A DNA stretch of 37,439 nt from a virus. Lineage: Duplodnaviria; Caudoviricetes. Each line of letters begins with the position of its first letter. Position 1 is the first letter of the stretch. Positions 24,660-32,475 of the stretch are shown here, in pieces. Location of the stretch: positions 1 to 37,439 of IMG/VR virus record IMGVR_UViG_3300043036_000079; one strand, 5' to 3'. The position numbers and the translations under genes were made by a program. A model generated the notes under the pieces. That model saw nothing but the letters and a program-made list of their open reading frames with translations, was not told where the DNA came from and searched no databases.

Positions 24660-26051
24660 TTAGTTCGGCACTCTCAAGACGCGGAAGCCGGCGCCGCCGC
24701 TGTCTGCTGCGCCCAACGTGATTGCGCCGCCGTTGTAGGAGGACGTGGTCGGCATATTGAAATTGCCTGACCCAGCGATACGCAGGATGCGTAGATTGCC
24801 GCTACCGTCAATCGACAACGACCATTCGTTTGTGCCTGCTGCGTTAGACAGGCGCATATGGTTTTCAGCACCGTTAACGACATGAAGCGTGCTGGTGCCA
24901 AGCCGAGCTTCAGCGGCCACCGTGTTGGTTATATCTTCGCCCGCAGGCACGCCAATATAGCCAAAACGCGCTTGCAAACCGCGTGTGTCGCTCCACGCTG
25001 CTGACGCGCCGGTTTCAATTGTTGGCGGCGTGTAACCGTTGTCAAAGTCCAAAAGCAACAAACTGTTGTCAAGGCTTGGGTGGGTAAAGGTAGTAGTGCC
25101 ACGGCAAATAATCGGCAACGCACCATTGGTAGTAAGGTTAACGATTGTGTTTGAACGTGCAACTTCTGACGCGCTTGCGTTGCTGCCGTTGAACACCACT
25201 GCGCTGCCGGTGCCGCCGCCGGCGCGAAAAGCGCGGGGGCGCACAAAATAGTTGTTGTCGCTGTTGTTAAACAGATAGGCAATGCCGTTGAGAAACGCGC
25301 AATCAAGTTGCTCAAACATATTCAACGAGGTGTTTGCCGTCGCGTCGCCGCCCAGCCGGATCAGGCCGCCGGTGCCACCTGTTACTTCAAAGTGACGGCT
25401 GCTCAAGTTGCGGAAATAACAGTTTTGCGTATCGCGCGCCTCACCCAGTGTGGCCACTACGCCGACATCAAGGCCAACCGTTGTCGGGTTGTCAAAATGC
25501 AGGTTTTCAAACGTGCCTTTGCGCCATGACAGCACTTGCAAGCCAATAGCCGCGCTATTGCCGCAAGCAATGTAAAGGCCAGTCGCGCCGCCTCCGCCGC
25601 ACGCTTGGTTGGCAGCACCCACCGGGCTGGCAAACTGCAACACCGTGCCGCCGGCACTGCCCGCCCAAATCAACTTGGCCCGTGCGCCTGCACCCTGCGA
25701 TCCCACGTCGTGCGAAGTGTCGCTGCCCGCACCTTGCAATGTGATGTTGGGGGCATCCACGACAATGGTTGATGTTACCGTAATGTCGCCGTTGATGAGG
25801 ATGACCGTGGGGCGCCCGCTGACTTTGGCCGCTGTAATCGCAGCGGTCAGGTTCGTATAATCTGCTACGGAAATGGTTTCGAGCATTTTGGTTTGCGCGG
25901 TACGCAACACGGCGTTTGCGCCTGCCGGCTGAAAGCCAATGTTGTTGACCGCTGCGCGTTTGGTGACGCCGCTCTGCACGACCGGCATCTCCTCAGTGCC
26001 GGCCAGCGGAACTGTGGCTGCGGGAAGTTCGGAGATTTTGACGTTAGCCAT
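24660..26051 (-). CDS. Tailspike / depolymerase (pectin-lyase-like beta-helix)
   Basis: MANVKISELP anchor, RTAQTKMLETISVADY, ITLQGAG, Asn/Gly-rich beta repeats. Confidence 0.75.
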   Translation of the reverse strand: MANVKISELPAATVPLAGTEEMPVVQSGVTKRAAVNNIGFQPAGANAVLRTAQTKMLETISVADYTNLTAAITAAKVSGRPTVILINGDITVTSTIVVDAPNITLQGAGSDTSHDVGSQGAGARAKLIWAGSAGGTVLQFASPVGAANQACGGGGATGLYIACGNSAAIGLQVLSWRKGTFENLHFDNPTTVGLDVGVVATLGEARDTQNCYFRNLSSRHFEVTGGTGGLIRLGGDATANTSLNMFEQLDCAFLNGIAYLFNNSDNNYFVRPRAFRAGGGTGSAVVFNGSNASASEVARSNTIVNLTTNGALPIICRGTTTFTHPSLDNSLLLLDFDNGYTPPTIETGASAAWSDTRGLQARFGYIGVPAGEDITNTVAAEARLGTSTLHVVNGAENHMRLSNAAGTNEWSLSIDGSGNLRILRIAGSGNFNMPTTSSYNGGAITLGAADSGGAGFRVLRVPN

Positions 26052-26053
26052 CG

Positions 26054-26764
26054 TCAGTAGTTCCCTGCGAAGATGTTGAACCGCTGACGAGTTGCCACAA
26101 GGCTGTACGGCATGGACATGATGTCGTCAGGGTTGTTGATGCGCTTCAGGTTGCGCTTGCTGGTCATGGCAATCCGCTGCACTTGTGGGCTTGGTTCGAC
26201 GCCAAACTCTGGGGCCATCTCGCAAGCCAGATTGTAGCGGAACGCCCGCAGATAGCCTGGCGGGAACGTCAGTTCGGTTGCCAGCAGCGCAGGCTTGGTC
26301 AGTTCCTCGACAGAGATGAAGTGCCACTCCAGCGCGCGCGTCGGGCGCGGGTAGATGTACATCTCGATGTCGGGGAACGCGTTGTTGACGAAGATCACTT
26401 GCGGGAACGTCGAGGTCACGGTCTTGACCGCGATCCCGTTGTACTGCTGCTGGTTGATGAATTTGATGCCGTAGCTGATGCCGGTGCTGGCGTCGAGGAA
26501 GTAGGTGCTGTCGTCCAGCAGCACGGGGCGGTTGCCGACGAAGTCGCCGGTTGGCCCCAGTGTGCGCGACAGCAGGCCCGCAGGCCATGTGAACACCTGA
26601 TCCTGCGTGGCGTAAACCGCCAACCGCTCTGTCGACCAGCTATCCAGCATCTGGTTCATGGCAGCCAGCGCGTCTTGCGACGTTTCGGCTGACGGCGTTT
26701 CACCTTCGGCCAGGACACCCAGAAGCCGCAGTGACCCGTTGATGATGTCGCCGGCGCTGGTCAT
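26054..26764 (-). CDS. Head-tail adaptor (P22 gp4-like)
   Basis: TSAGDII..SLRLLGVLAEGETPS...NQMLDSW...YNLACEMAPEFG. Confidence 0.8.
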   Translation of the reverse strand: MTSAGDIINGSLRLLGVLAEGETPSAETSQDALAAMNQMLDSWSTERLAVYATQDQVFTWPAGLLSRTLGPTGDFVGNRPVLLDDSTYFLDASTGISYGIKFINQQQYNGIAVKTVTSTFPQVIFVNNAFPDIEMYIYPRPTRALEWHFISVEELTKPALLATELTFPPGYLRAFRYNLACEMAPEFGVEPSPQVQRIAMTSKRNLKRINNPDDIMSMPYSLVATRQRFNIFAGNY

Positions 26765-26767
26765 TGG

Positions 26768-26974
26768 TCAGTCTTCCTGCTTTGCGCGGGGGCGTCCGCG
26801 CCGCTTCGGTGCCGCCATCACGTTGACAAGTTCGTCCTCGTCGTCGTCCGTCATCACAGATGACGTAACCACATCATAGCGTTCCCAGCCGTCCATTGCA
26901 TCCAAAATCGCTTCAGCGTCGGAGATTGCCACCTTTGCGCCGTGCGTCGGGTGAACCATGTAGATGACGGCCAT
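26768..26974 (-). CDS. Small hypothetical protein with basic KRRGRPR (AT-hook-like) tail
   Basis: AAGGA SD, follows a terminator hairpin. Confidence 0.65.
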   Translation of the reverse strand: MAVIYMVHPTHGAKVAISDAEAILDAMDGWERYDVVTSSVMTDDDEDELVNVMAAPKRRGRPRAKQED

Positions 26975-26985
26975 AGAAAATCCTT

Positions 26986-27010
26986 AAAATGGGCGGCCCG
27001 AAGGCCGCCC
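26986..27010 (-). terminator. Rho-independent terminator with UUCG loop
   Basis: GGGCGGCC-TTCG-GGCCGCCC-ATTTT on the - strand. Confidence 0.7.
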
Positions 27011-27016
27011 ACTTCG

Positions 27017-27430
27017 TTAGGCGCAGTGGATCAGCGCGAAGTTGACCACGATTGCTTCCGACAGCGTGCCGCCAGAAATGTTACGCAAGCTGATGCTGAC
27101 CGAACCGGCTGCCAGTGCGTTTGCGAACACGTTGTACGAGCCAGGGGTAGCCTGACCGCCAGAGATCGTAAGGATAACGGTGTCGTTGGCCGAGATCAGG
27201 CTGTTGTTCAGCGTGAACGTGGCGTTGGTGGCCGTGGCCAACGAAGCGTTGTTCATCGTAATGCGGCCAGCCGACCGGTTCAACGTGACCGCCGTGCTTT
27301 TGTCCGTCAACTGCGTGACGGTGCCTTGCGCGGCGGCAGTGTAGCCAAACTGTTCGTCGGACAGCAAAAACTGCGCGCCGACGATGTCCTGATCGCTGAA
27401 GGCAACGCCGATGGGTTTGGTGTTAGCCAT
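27017..27430 (-). CDS. Putative capsid decoration / minor capsid protein
   Basis: Follows the coat gene. GTVTQLTDKSTAVTLN motif, AGGAG SD. Confidence 0.65.
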   Translation of the reverse strand: MANTKPIGVAFSDQDIVGAQFLLSDEQFGYTAAAQGTVTQLTDKSTAVTLNRSAGRITMNNASLATATNATFTLNNSLISANDTVILTISGGQATPGSYNVFANALAAGSVSISLRNISGGTLSEAIVVNFALIHCA

Positions 27431-27442
27431 TGTCTTTCTCCT

Positions 27443-27473
27443 AAAAGGTAGCCCCGGCCCGAAGGCCGAGGCT
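27443..27473 (-). terminator. Hairpin / weak terminator with UUCG loop
   Basis: AGCCTCGGCC-TTCG-GGCCGGGGCT-ACCTTTT. Confidence 0.55.
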
Positions 27474-27481
27474 GACCTCTA

Positions 27482-27895
27482 TTACGCGACGCGGTACAGC
27501 GTCCACGCGCCCTCAGCGGACTTGCGGGCAAGCATGGCCGCGCCGGTCGTGACCGGGATGGTCATGGTCAGAGAACCCGACACAGTCCAGCCGGTGCCAG
27601 CGGCGATAACCGCAGTACCGGACGACGTGCCAAGGTTGACCACGCGGAACATGAAGGACGTGCCGACCTTTTCCGAGTTGGACAGAACAGCTTCCAGCGC
27701 CGCCACAGTCGGCAGCGTGTAGGTCTGCGTAGCGGTGACGCCGCTGTTGGCCAAGATCACGCCGTTCAGCACCTGAGCCGGGGTGAGCGTAGCAGCCGCC
27801 GTGATGGAGATCGGAAGCGGGATCGCGTCGATAAGCGGTTCGTTCAGGTTGCCATCGCCGACCTGATAACCACCGCCGCCATTGGGGAGAGCCAT
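27482..27895 (-). CDS. Putative capsid decoration protein
   Basis: Immediately after the coat gene, beta-rich. Confidence 0.65.
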   Translation of the reverse strand: MALPNGGGGYQVGDGNLNEPLIDAIPLPISITAAATLTPAQVLNGVILANSGVTATQTYTLPTVAALEAVLSNSEKVGTSFMFRVVNLGTSSGTAVIAAGTGWTVSGSLTMTIPVTTGAAMLARKSAEGAWTLYRVA

Positions 27896-27909
27896 TGTAT
27901 AATCCTTTC

Positions 27910-27940
27910 AAAGAAGTTGGCCCCCGGCGAACCGGGGGCC
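27910..27940 (-). terminator. Hairpin / terminator after the major capsid gene
   Basis: GGCCCCCGG-TTCG-CCGGGGGCC-AACTTCTTT. Confidence 0.6.
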
Positions 27941-27949
27941 GGTTTCTGG

Positions 27950-29158
27950 TTAGCCCCAGATGCGGCAAGCCATCTGCGGACGGATCGTGCTGAAGCCGTA
28001 CAGAACGTCGATACGGCAAGGCATACGGTCGTTGTTGATGTCGTACTGACGAACGATACGCAGGCTGATGCCGTTATGCACCTGACGCGACGCCATATCG
28101 ACACCCTGCGGCAGCAGAAGGTCGGCGGTGGCGAAGGTAATGGCGTCCTTGTGGTACACCAGGTTCTGCGCGTACTGAGTGCTGGCGGCGCCCACGAACA
28201 CGATAGCCTGCGAAGTGGCCGGCAGCGAGTTCACAGTGGCCAGCGCGTTGGTAGCCGAGTAGATCGGCGCAACGGTGATGTTGCCAGCGCCCGAACCGTC
28301 CAATGTGACGTTGGCCAGTGCGACGAACTGGAACAGCGAACCGGTGCTTTCACGGGTCTGCGGGTTCACAGCAAAGCAACCGTTCACGGTGAACACGTCA
28401 CCAGCACGGACGGTAGCCGCTGCACCAGCGCCGGTGATGGCGATGGTGGTGGCGCCTTCAGCCGTAACAGCCGCCGAGGTCGTGCCGCCGGTGGCGGTAC
28501 GCGAACCAGTGGTGTGCTGCTTGATCGACTGCGACATGTTGATTTCTTCGAAACCAAGCACGCCGGTGCCCATCATGCCGTTCTTGAACTGCTTGCTGAT
28601 GGTGTCGGTCGGGTTGAACAGGCCCTTCATGCCTTCAACCAGGCCAGCGTTGGCAGCCGGGTTGACGGTCGCGTAGCGCGGCGACATCACGGCGGCGTTT
28701 TCGTTCAGCTTCTGCTGGGCCTGAAGCAGAACCAGCGAAGTGGACGGGGTGGTGCCGGGGGTGCCGACCGTGTTGCCGATGGTGGCGTAGGCGTTGGCCA
28801 CGTCAGCGTCAATGCTGGAGGCAAGCTGCGAGATACGCGGCTTCAGCACGCGTTCTGCAAAGTCGTCCAACTGCATGGTCAGTTCGGCGGTCGTGAAGTT
28901 CACGCCGATGTGCTTCTGGTTGGCAACGGTCAGCGTGGTGAACTGTTCGTTGTCATCCTGCACCTGAAGGGCAGCGCCGTCAGTGACCAGCGCGCGGTCG
29001 GGCAGACGGATACGCAGAGTCGAACCGATCTTGGCACCTTCAACAGCGAAGCTGTCGTCGTACTGACGGTTGACGTTGCGGGTGAGCACGAGGTTGTTCT
29101 CGAGGATTTCGAGAGCCTTCCGCGTGATCATGTCGATAGTAAGAATCGAGTTAGCCAT
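27950..29158 (-). CDS. Major capsid protein (P22 coat-like)
   Basis: MANSILTIDMITRKAL..LENNL, KIGSTLRIRLP, CRIDVLYG. Follows the scaffold gene. Confidence 0.92.
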   Translation of the reverse strand: MANSILTIDMITRKALEILENNLVLTRNVNRQYDDSFAVEGAKIGSTLRIRLPDRALVTDGAALQVQDDNEQFTTLTVANQKHIGVNFTTAELTMQLDDFAERVLKPRISQLASSIDADVANAYATIGNTVGTPGTTPSTSLVLLQAQQKLNENAAVMSPRYATVNPAANAGLVEGMKGLFNPTDTISKQFKNGMMGTGVLGFEEINMSQSIKQHTTGSRTATGGTTSAAVTAEGATTIAITGAGAAATVRAGDVFTVNGCFAVNPQTRESTGSLFQFVALANVTLDGSGAGNITVAPIYSATNALATVNSLPATSQAIVFVGAASTQYAQNLVYHKDAITFATADLLLPQGVDMASRQVHNGISLRIVRQYDINNDRMPCRIDVLYGFSTIRPQMACRIWG

Positions 29159-29173
29159 GGTGGTAGTCCCAAA

Positions 29174-29965
29174 TTAACGGTTGCGTTGTGCCTCGTACTT
29201 CTTGATCTGCCGCATCCGTTCCGCTTCGATCCATTCCGACGTACTCATCGACTTTGTCGAACGAGGGTCAGTGGTGTCAAACGCGGGCGCGCTGGAAGCG
29301 CGGGCTGTGACAGGTGCAATCGGTGCCGGGGCGGTTGAAGTCTTTCTAACCGGCGGGCTTGAGGCCATGCCGGCTTCAAGTTTTCCGATCTCTTTTGCCT
29401 GCAAGATGGGCGGCAGCCGGGCAATGCGATCTGCTTCCTTCGGGTTGGAACCGAGCCAATACAGGACATCGGGGCCAATGTCGGACGCCTGGATGCTTTG
29501 CGCCATTGTCTCCGTGACGGACAGGTTGGGGTTGTAGGCGACTTGTTCAAAGTCGTCGTACCGATCCCGCGCTGATTCCTCACGGTCGTGGTAGCCTTCG
29601 AGCAATGCCTGCTGCTGCTTGGCGGTTTCCCGCCTTGCCAACAATTCCTCCGCTTTACGTTCGGCCAGAGCCTCTGCGTAATCTTCGTAGGTGTTGAACT
29701 GGTCGGCGGTCAGATCAGAAGGCGATGCTGCTGCTTTCTGCGCTTGGGCCATTTCCAGTCGCTGGGCTTGCTCACGCTCCCACTTACGCTGTTCCCTTGC
29801 AAGCCGCTTGCCGACGATTGCGTCCAATTCCTCCTGGGAGAAGGTCTTGGATGCTTCCTGTTCGACAGGCGTTTCCGGCGTCGTGTTTTCTGCGGGCTGG
29901 ATTGCTGCCGTGGCTTCCAGTTCCGGCGCGGAGGCATCCGCTTCAGTTGGGACATTCTCGTCCAT
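29174..29965 (-). CDS. Scaffolding protein
   Basis: Acidic N-terminus, FSQEELDAIV.KRLARE, coiled coil, upstream of the coat gene. Confidence 0.85.
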   Translation of the reverse strand: MDENVPTEADASAPELEATAAIQPAENTTPETPVEQEASKTFSQEELDAIVGKRLAREQRKWEREQAQRLEMAQAQKAAASPSDLTADQFNTYEDYAEALAERKAEELLARRETAKQQQALLEGYHDREESARDRYDDFEQVAYNPNLSVTETMAQSIQASDIGPDVLYWLGSNPKEADRIARLPPILQAKEIGKLEAGMASSPPVRKTSTAPAPIAPVTARASSAPAFDTTDPRSTKSMSTSEWIEAERMRQIKKYEAQRNR

Positions 29966-30016
29966 GTATAACCCCTATGGAGTTCCCGGTGAACCTCGCC
30001 GGTACGGTTACTGTGT

Positions 30017-30045
30017 AATCTACACTATACAGTATCTGTGTGCAA
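30017..30045 (-). promoter_or_regulatory. Putative promoter for the scaffold/capsid genes
   Basis: TTGCAC, 17 nt, TAGATT on the - strand in an AT-rich intergenic gap. Confidence 0.6.
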
Positions 30046-30047
30046 CG

Positions 30048-30347
30048 TCATGCCCAGACGCGGTGCGGGGTCGCTGGCTGAACGCTGATCGGCGCCAACG
30101 CAGCAAGCTGCTTGTCGGTAAAGTCGCCGCGGAGGTTGGTGTGCCAGCCAGGGTATTCCACAACGGTGGGGATAGGCTCACCGGACTTGTCCTTGGCTTT
30201 GCTGTAGCCCGTCACGCGGCTGAATGACCCGATGTGGTCGAGCGAGACGCCCGCGACCGGAAAGCCTTCTTCGTCAGTGACGCCCGCAGCGATCAGCGCA
30301 ACAAGCATTTCTGCGTCGGTAGCGGTCATGAGATAGAGGTCGGTCAT
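30048..30347 (-). CDS. Hypothetical protein (possible fibre partner or chaperone)
   Basis: ATGA overlap with the fibre gene. GWHTNLR and PATPHRVWA motifs. Confidence 0.7.
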   Translation of the reverse strand: MTDLYLMTATDAEMLVALIAAGVTDEEGFPVAGVSLDHIGSFSRVTGYSKAKDKSGEPIPTVVEYPGWHTNLRGDFTDKQLAALAPISVQPATPHRVWA

Positions 30348-31552
30348 ACGGTGAGTGCCTGTAGCTGTGCGTTGGTCAAACGAGTGGGGTAGTAGGTGAC
30401 GTTGCGGAGGCGACCGTTCAGATAGGTCTGGCCCTGTGCAAACCCTATATCTGCCTGTGTAACTGTCGGAAGCGTTCCGCTAGTGTCGGCGGTTCCAAGA
30501 GTCCCATTGTTTGCGCCGATAAAATCGTTCACTCTATATGCAAGGGCGCTTATGTTTACACCGGAAGACGCCGTAATTTGGTCAACGTACTGCGTAACGC
30601 CGCCGTCAGCCACAATAAATCCTGCGGCATTTGAAGCGGATACGCGGCGAATCTGAATACGCTCGTTTGCGCTTCCGTCCGTTACGCCAAATACGCCAAG
30701 AATGGTGGGGTTTACTGCGTCGGTCGTTGACCAACTTGCAATGATTGTTCCCTCGTTAGCATTGTACCACGGGGAAAAGGCCGCTCCCGTGATCGCTGCA
30801 TTGTCAGGCGCGCGCGTAACCGTGGAAGCCACGGTCGGGATGTAGCTGGTGGCAAATGCGCCAACTTCAAGTTGCGCGCCCCAGAGGAACAGGCCGGAGA
30901 CGCCGTCGCCGGTAAAAGACGATGCGCTATTTTGATCGCCAGGCAACACAAACACATCAAAAATAATAGACGCGGCTGTCGCGCCTGCGTTTCCACTGAC
31001 GGTCAGCCGCCACCAACCGTTTCCGACGCTCGTAGCCGAGGCGCTCGTAAAGGTTCCCGCGCCAGCAACAGACCCCCCATTGCTGCCGGTAGATGTATCT
31101 AAGCTACCCTGAAAGCCGTTAGCCGGAATGGCGGCATCCAAACACCTCATCCTGATCGACCGATACCCATCAGCCTTGACGTAGATGCTGACCGTTATCG
31201 AAGCGCCCGTCGAAATGGATATCGTTTGACGGGCGTAATGCTCCCCGGCAACCGCTGTGGGGGTTATCTTATCTGCATTCGCTGTGCCATCAGGCGAAGT
31301 CGTTGCGTCCGCAGTGATCGTTGATAGCGCCTTACCCCAAGCCGCGTTATCAAATTGATCGCTGTACAACGCCAAGTTGACCCGTTGCTCCTCGATCAGA
31401 AAGCCCAGTGGGGCCAGCGTGGTGGGGCTAAAGTCAAAGCGCGGGGCGTTGATTGCCGCAGACTGAATCAGCCCATTGCTGCCCACGAACGTAGCCGTAG
31501 TGGATCGGGTAAACGTGATCAGATCAGCAAAGGCGTAGTTGGTCAAAGGCAT
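30344..31552 (-). CDS. Carbohydrate-binding / ConA-like head or tail fibre protein
   Basis: ITFTRSTTAT, PRFD, GFLIEEQRVNL, GNGWWRL, WGAQLEVGAFATSYIPT, LTNAQLQALT. Confidence 0.75.
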   Translation of the reverse strand: MPLTNYAFADLITFTRSTTATFVGSNGLIQSAAINAPRFDFSPTTLAPLGFLIEEQRVNLALYSDQFDNAAWGKALSTITADATTSPDGTANADKITPTAVAGEHYARQTISISTGASITVSIYVKADGYRSIRMRCLDAAIPANGFQGSLDTSTGSNGGSVAGAGTFTSASATSVGNGWWRLTVSGNAGATAASIIFDVFVLPGDQNSASSFTGDGVSGLFLWGAQLEVGAFATSYIPTVASTVTRAPDNAAITGAAFSPWYNANEGTIIASWSTTDAVNPTILGVFGVTDGSANERIQIRRVSASNAAGFIVADGGVTQYVDQITASSGVNISALAYRVNDFIGANNGTLGTADTSGTLPTVTQADIGFAQGQTYLNGRLRNVTYYPTRLTNAQLQALTV

Positions 31553-31555
31553 GAG

Positions 31556-31804
31556 TTAGCTCCAAGCCCAGAAGTTCGGAAAGCCTTGCCCGGCTGGATC
31601 GGCGGTGTAGGCGCTATATGTCTGGCCGGTGAAGTCTAGATTGAGCGTTGATCCATACGGCACGTTGCCACCCACGAAATCCAGGATAAGGGTAGGCCCG
31701 TCGCGGCGCCCACGCCCGCCGCCAGCCCCGGCCCCTGACGTAAGGGTAGCCGTGGTGACTATGTTTACGGACAAGCCGTTGCGGACGGGGATGCCAAAGC
31801 TCAT
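31556..31804 (-). CDS. Small virion-associated protein with LDF motifs
   Basis: ATGA-coupled start. MSFGIPVRNG...PTLILDF...TLNLDFTGQTY. Confidence 0.65.
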   Translation of the reverse strand: MSFGIPVRNGLSVNIVTTATLTSGAGAGGGRGRRDGPTLILDFVGGNVPYGSTLNLDFTGQTYSAYTADPAGQGFPNFWAWS

Positions 31805-32103
31805 CGAATGTTGATCGGCTTGGCGTAGACAGTGCCGGATACGCCGATTTGCAGCGCGCTGACGCGCCACACACCGCCAGTTCCTTGCGGGACGGTGAAG
31901 GGAACCGGGGTAAACGCCGGGATTGGTGTGGCTGCGGACGTGGCCGTCGCGCCTTCACCTACCATGATGTAGGCGTCAGTCGTAGACCACACCAGCACGC
32001 CTTGCGGGCCAGCGTTCCAGCCGGTCGTAGACCCTGCCGTGCCGGTATACGCAGCGTTCTGCGTAGGAAACCCGGCATCATTCAAAGGGCGAAGCAGTTC
32101 CAT
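31801..32103 (-). CDS. Hypothetical virion protein
   Basis: AAGGA SD, beta-rich. Confidence 0.7.
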   Translation of the reverse strand: MELLRPLNDAGFPTQNAAYTGTAGSTTGWNAGPQGVLVWSTTDAYIMVGEGATATSAATPIPAFTPVPFTVPQGTGGVWRVSALQIGVSGTVYAKPINIR

Positions 32104-32112
32104 ATCCGTTCC

Positions 32113-32475
32113 TTACGCCAGAAATTTGAGCTTATACAACGAGGTGTAATACAGCCCGAAAATTTCGTCGATAATGTTTTGGAGCGGGGTACACTCCTTA
32201 TCGACGACCTTATAGCGCATTTGCTCAAGGTCTTCTAGCTGCCCTTCAAGGAACTCAACCACGTTGTTGGTCTTTTTGGCCGACATCAGCGAGATCGGCC
32301 CGATCAGGCCGTACTTGCCTTGGTAGGCTTCGGCAAACTTGTCTGCCAGGTCGATGATGCCGTCGTAAAACTCGTTCAGCGCAACGTGCTTGGCATAGCT
32401 GCGCGTGTTCAGGTGGGCGGAATGGGTCACATCCCGCGCCAGAAACAGCATCCCTACAAAGTCCGCGCACTTCAT
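32113..32475 (-). CDS. Ferritin/Dps-like four-helix protein (DUF5856-like)
   Basis: H..HLNTRSYAKHVALNEFYDGIIDLADKFAEAYQG...YKLKFL. Confidence 0.75.
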   Translation of the reverse strand: MKCADFVGMLFLARDVTHSAHLNTRSYAKHVALNEFYDGIIDLADKFAEAYQGKYGLIGPISLMSAKKTNNVVEFLEGQLEDLEQMRYKVVDKECTPLQNIIDEIFGLYYTSLYKLKFLA

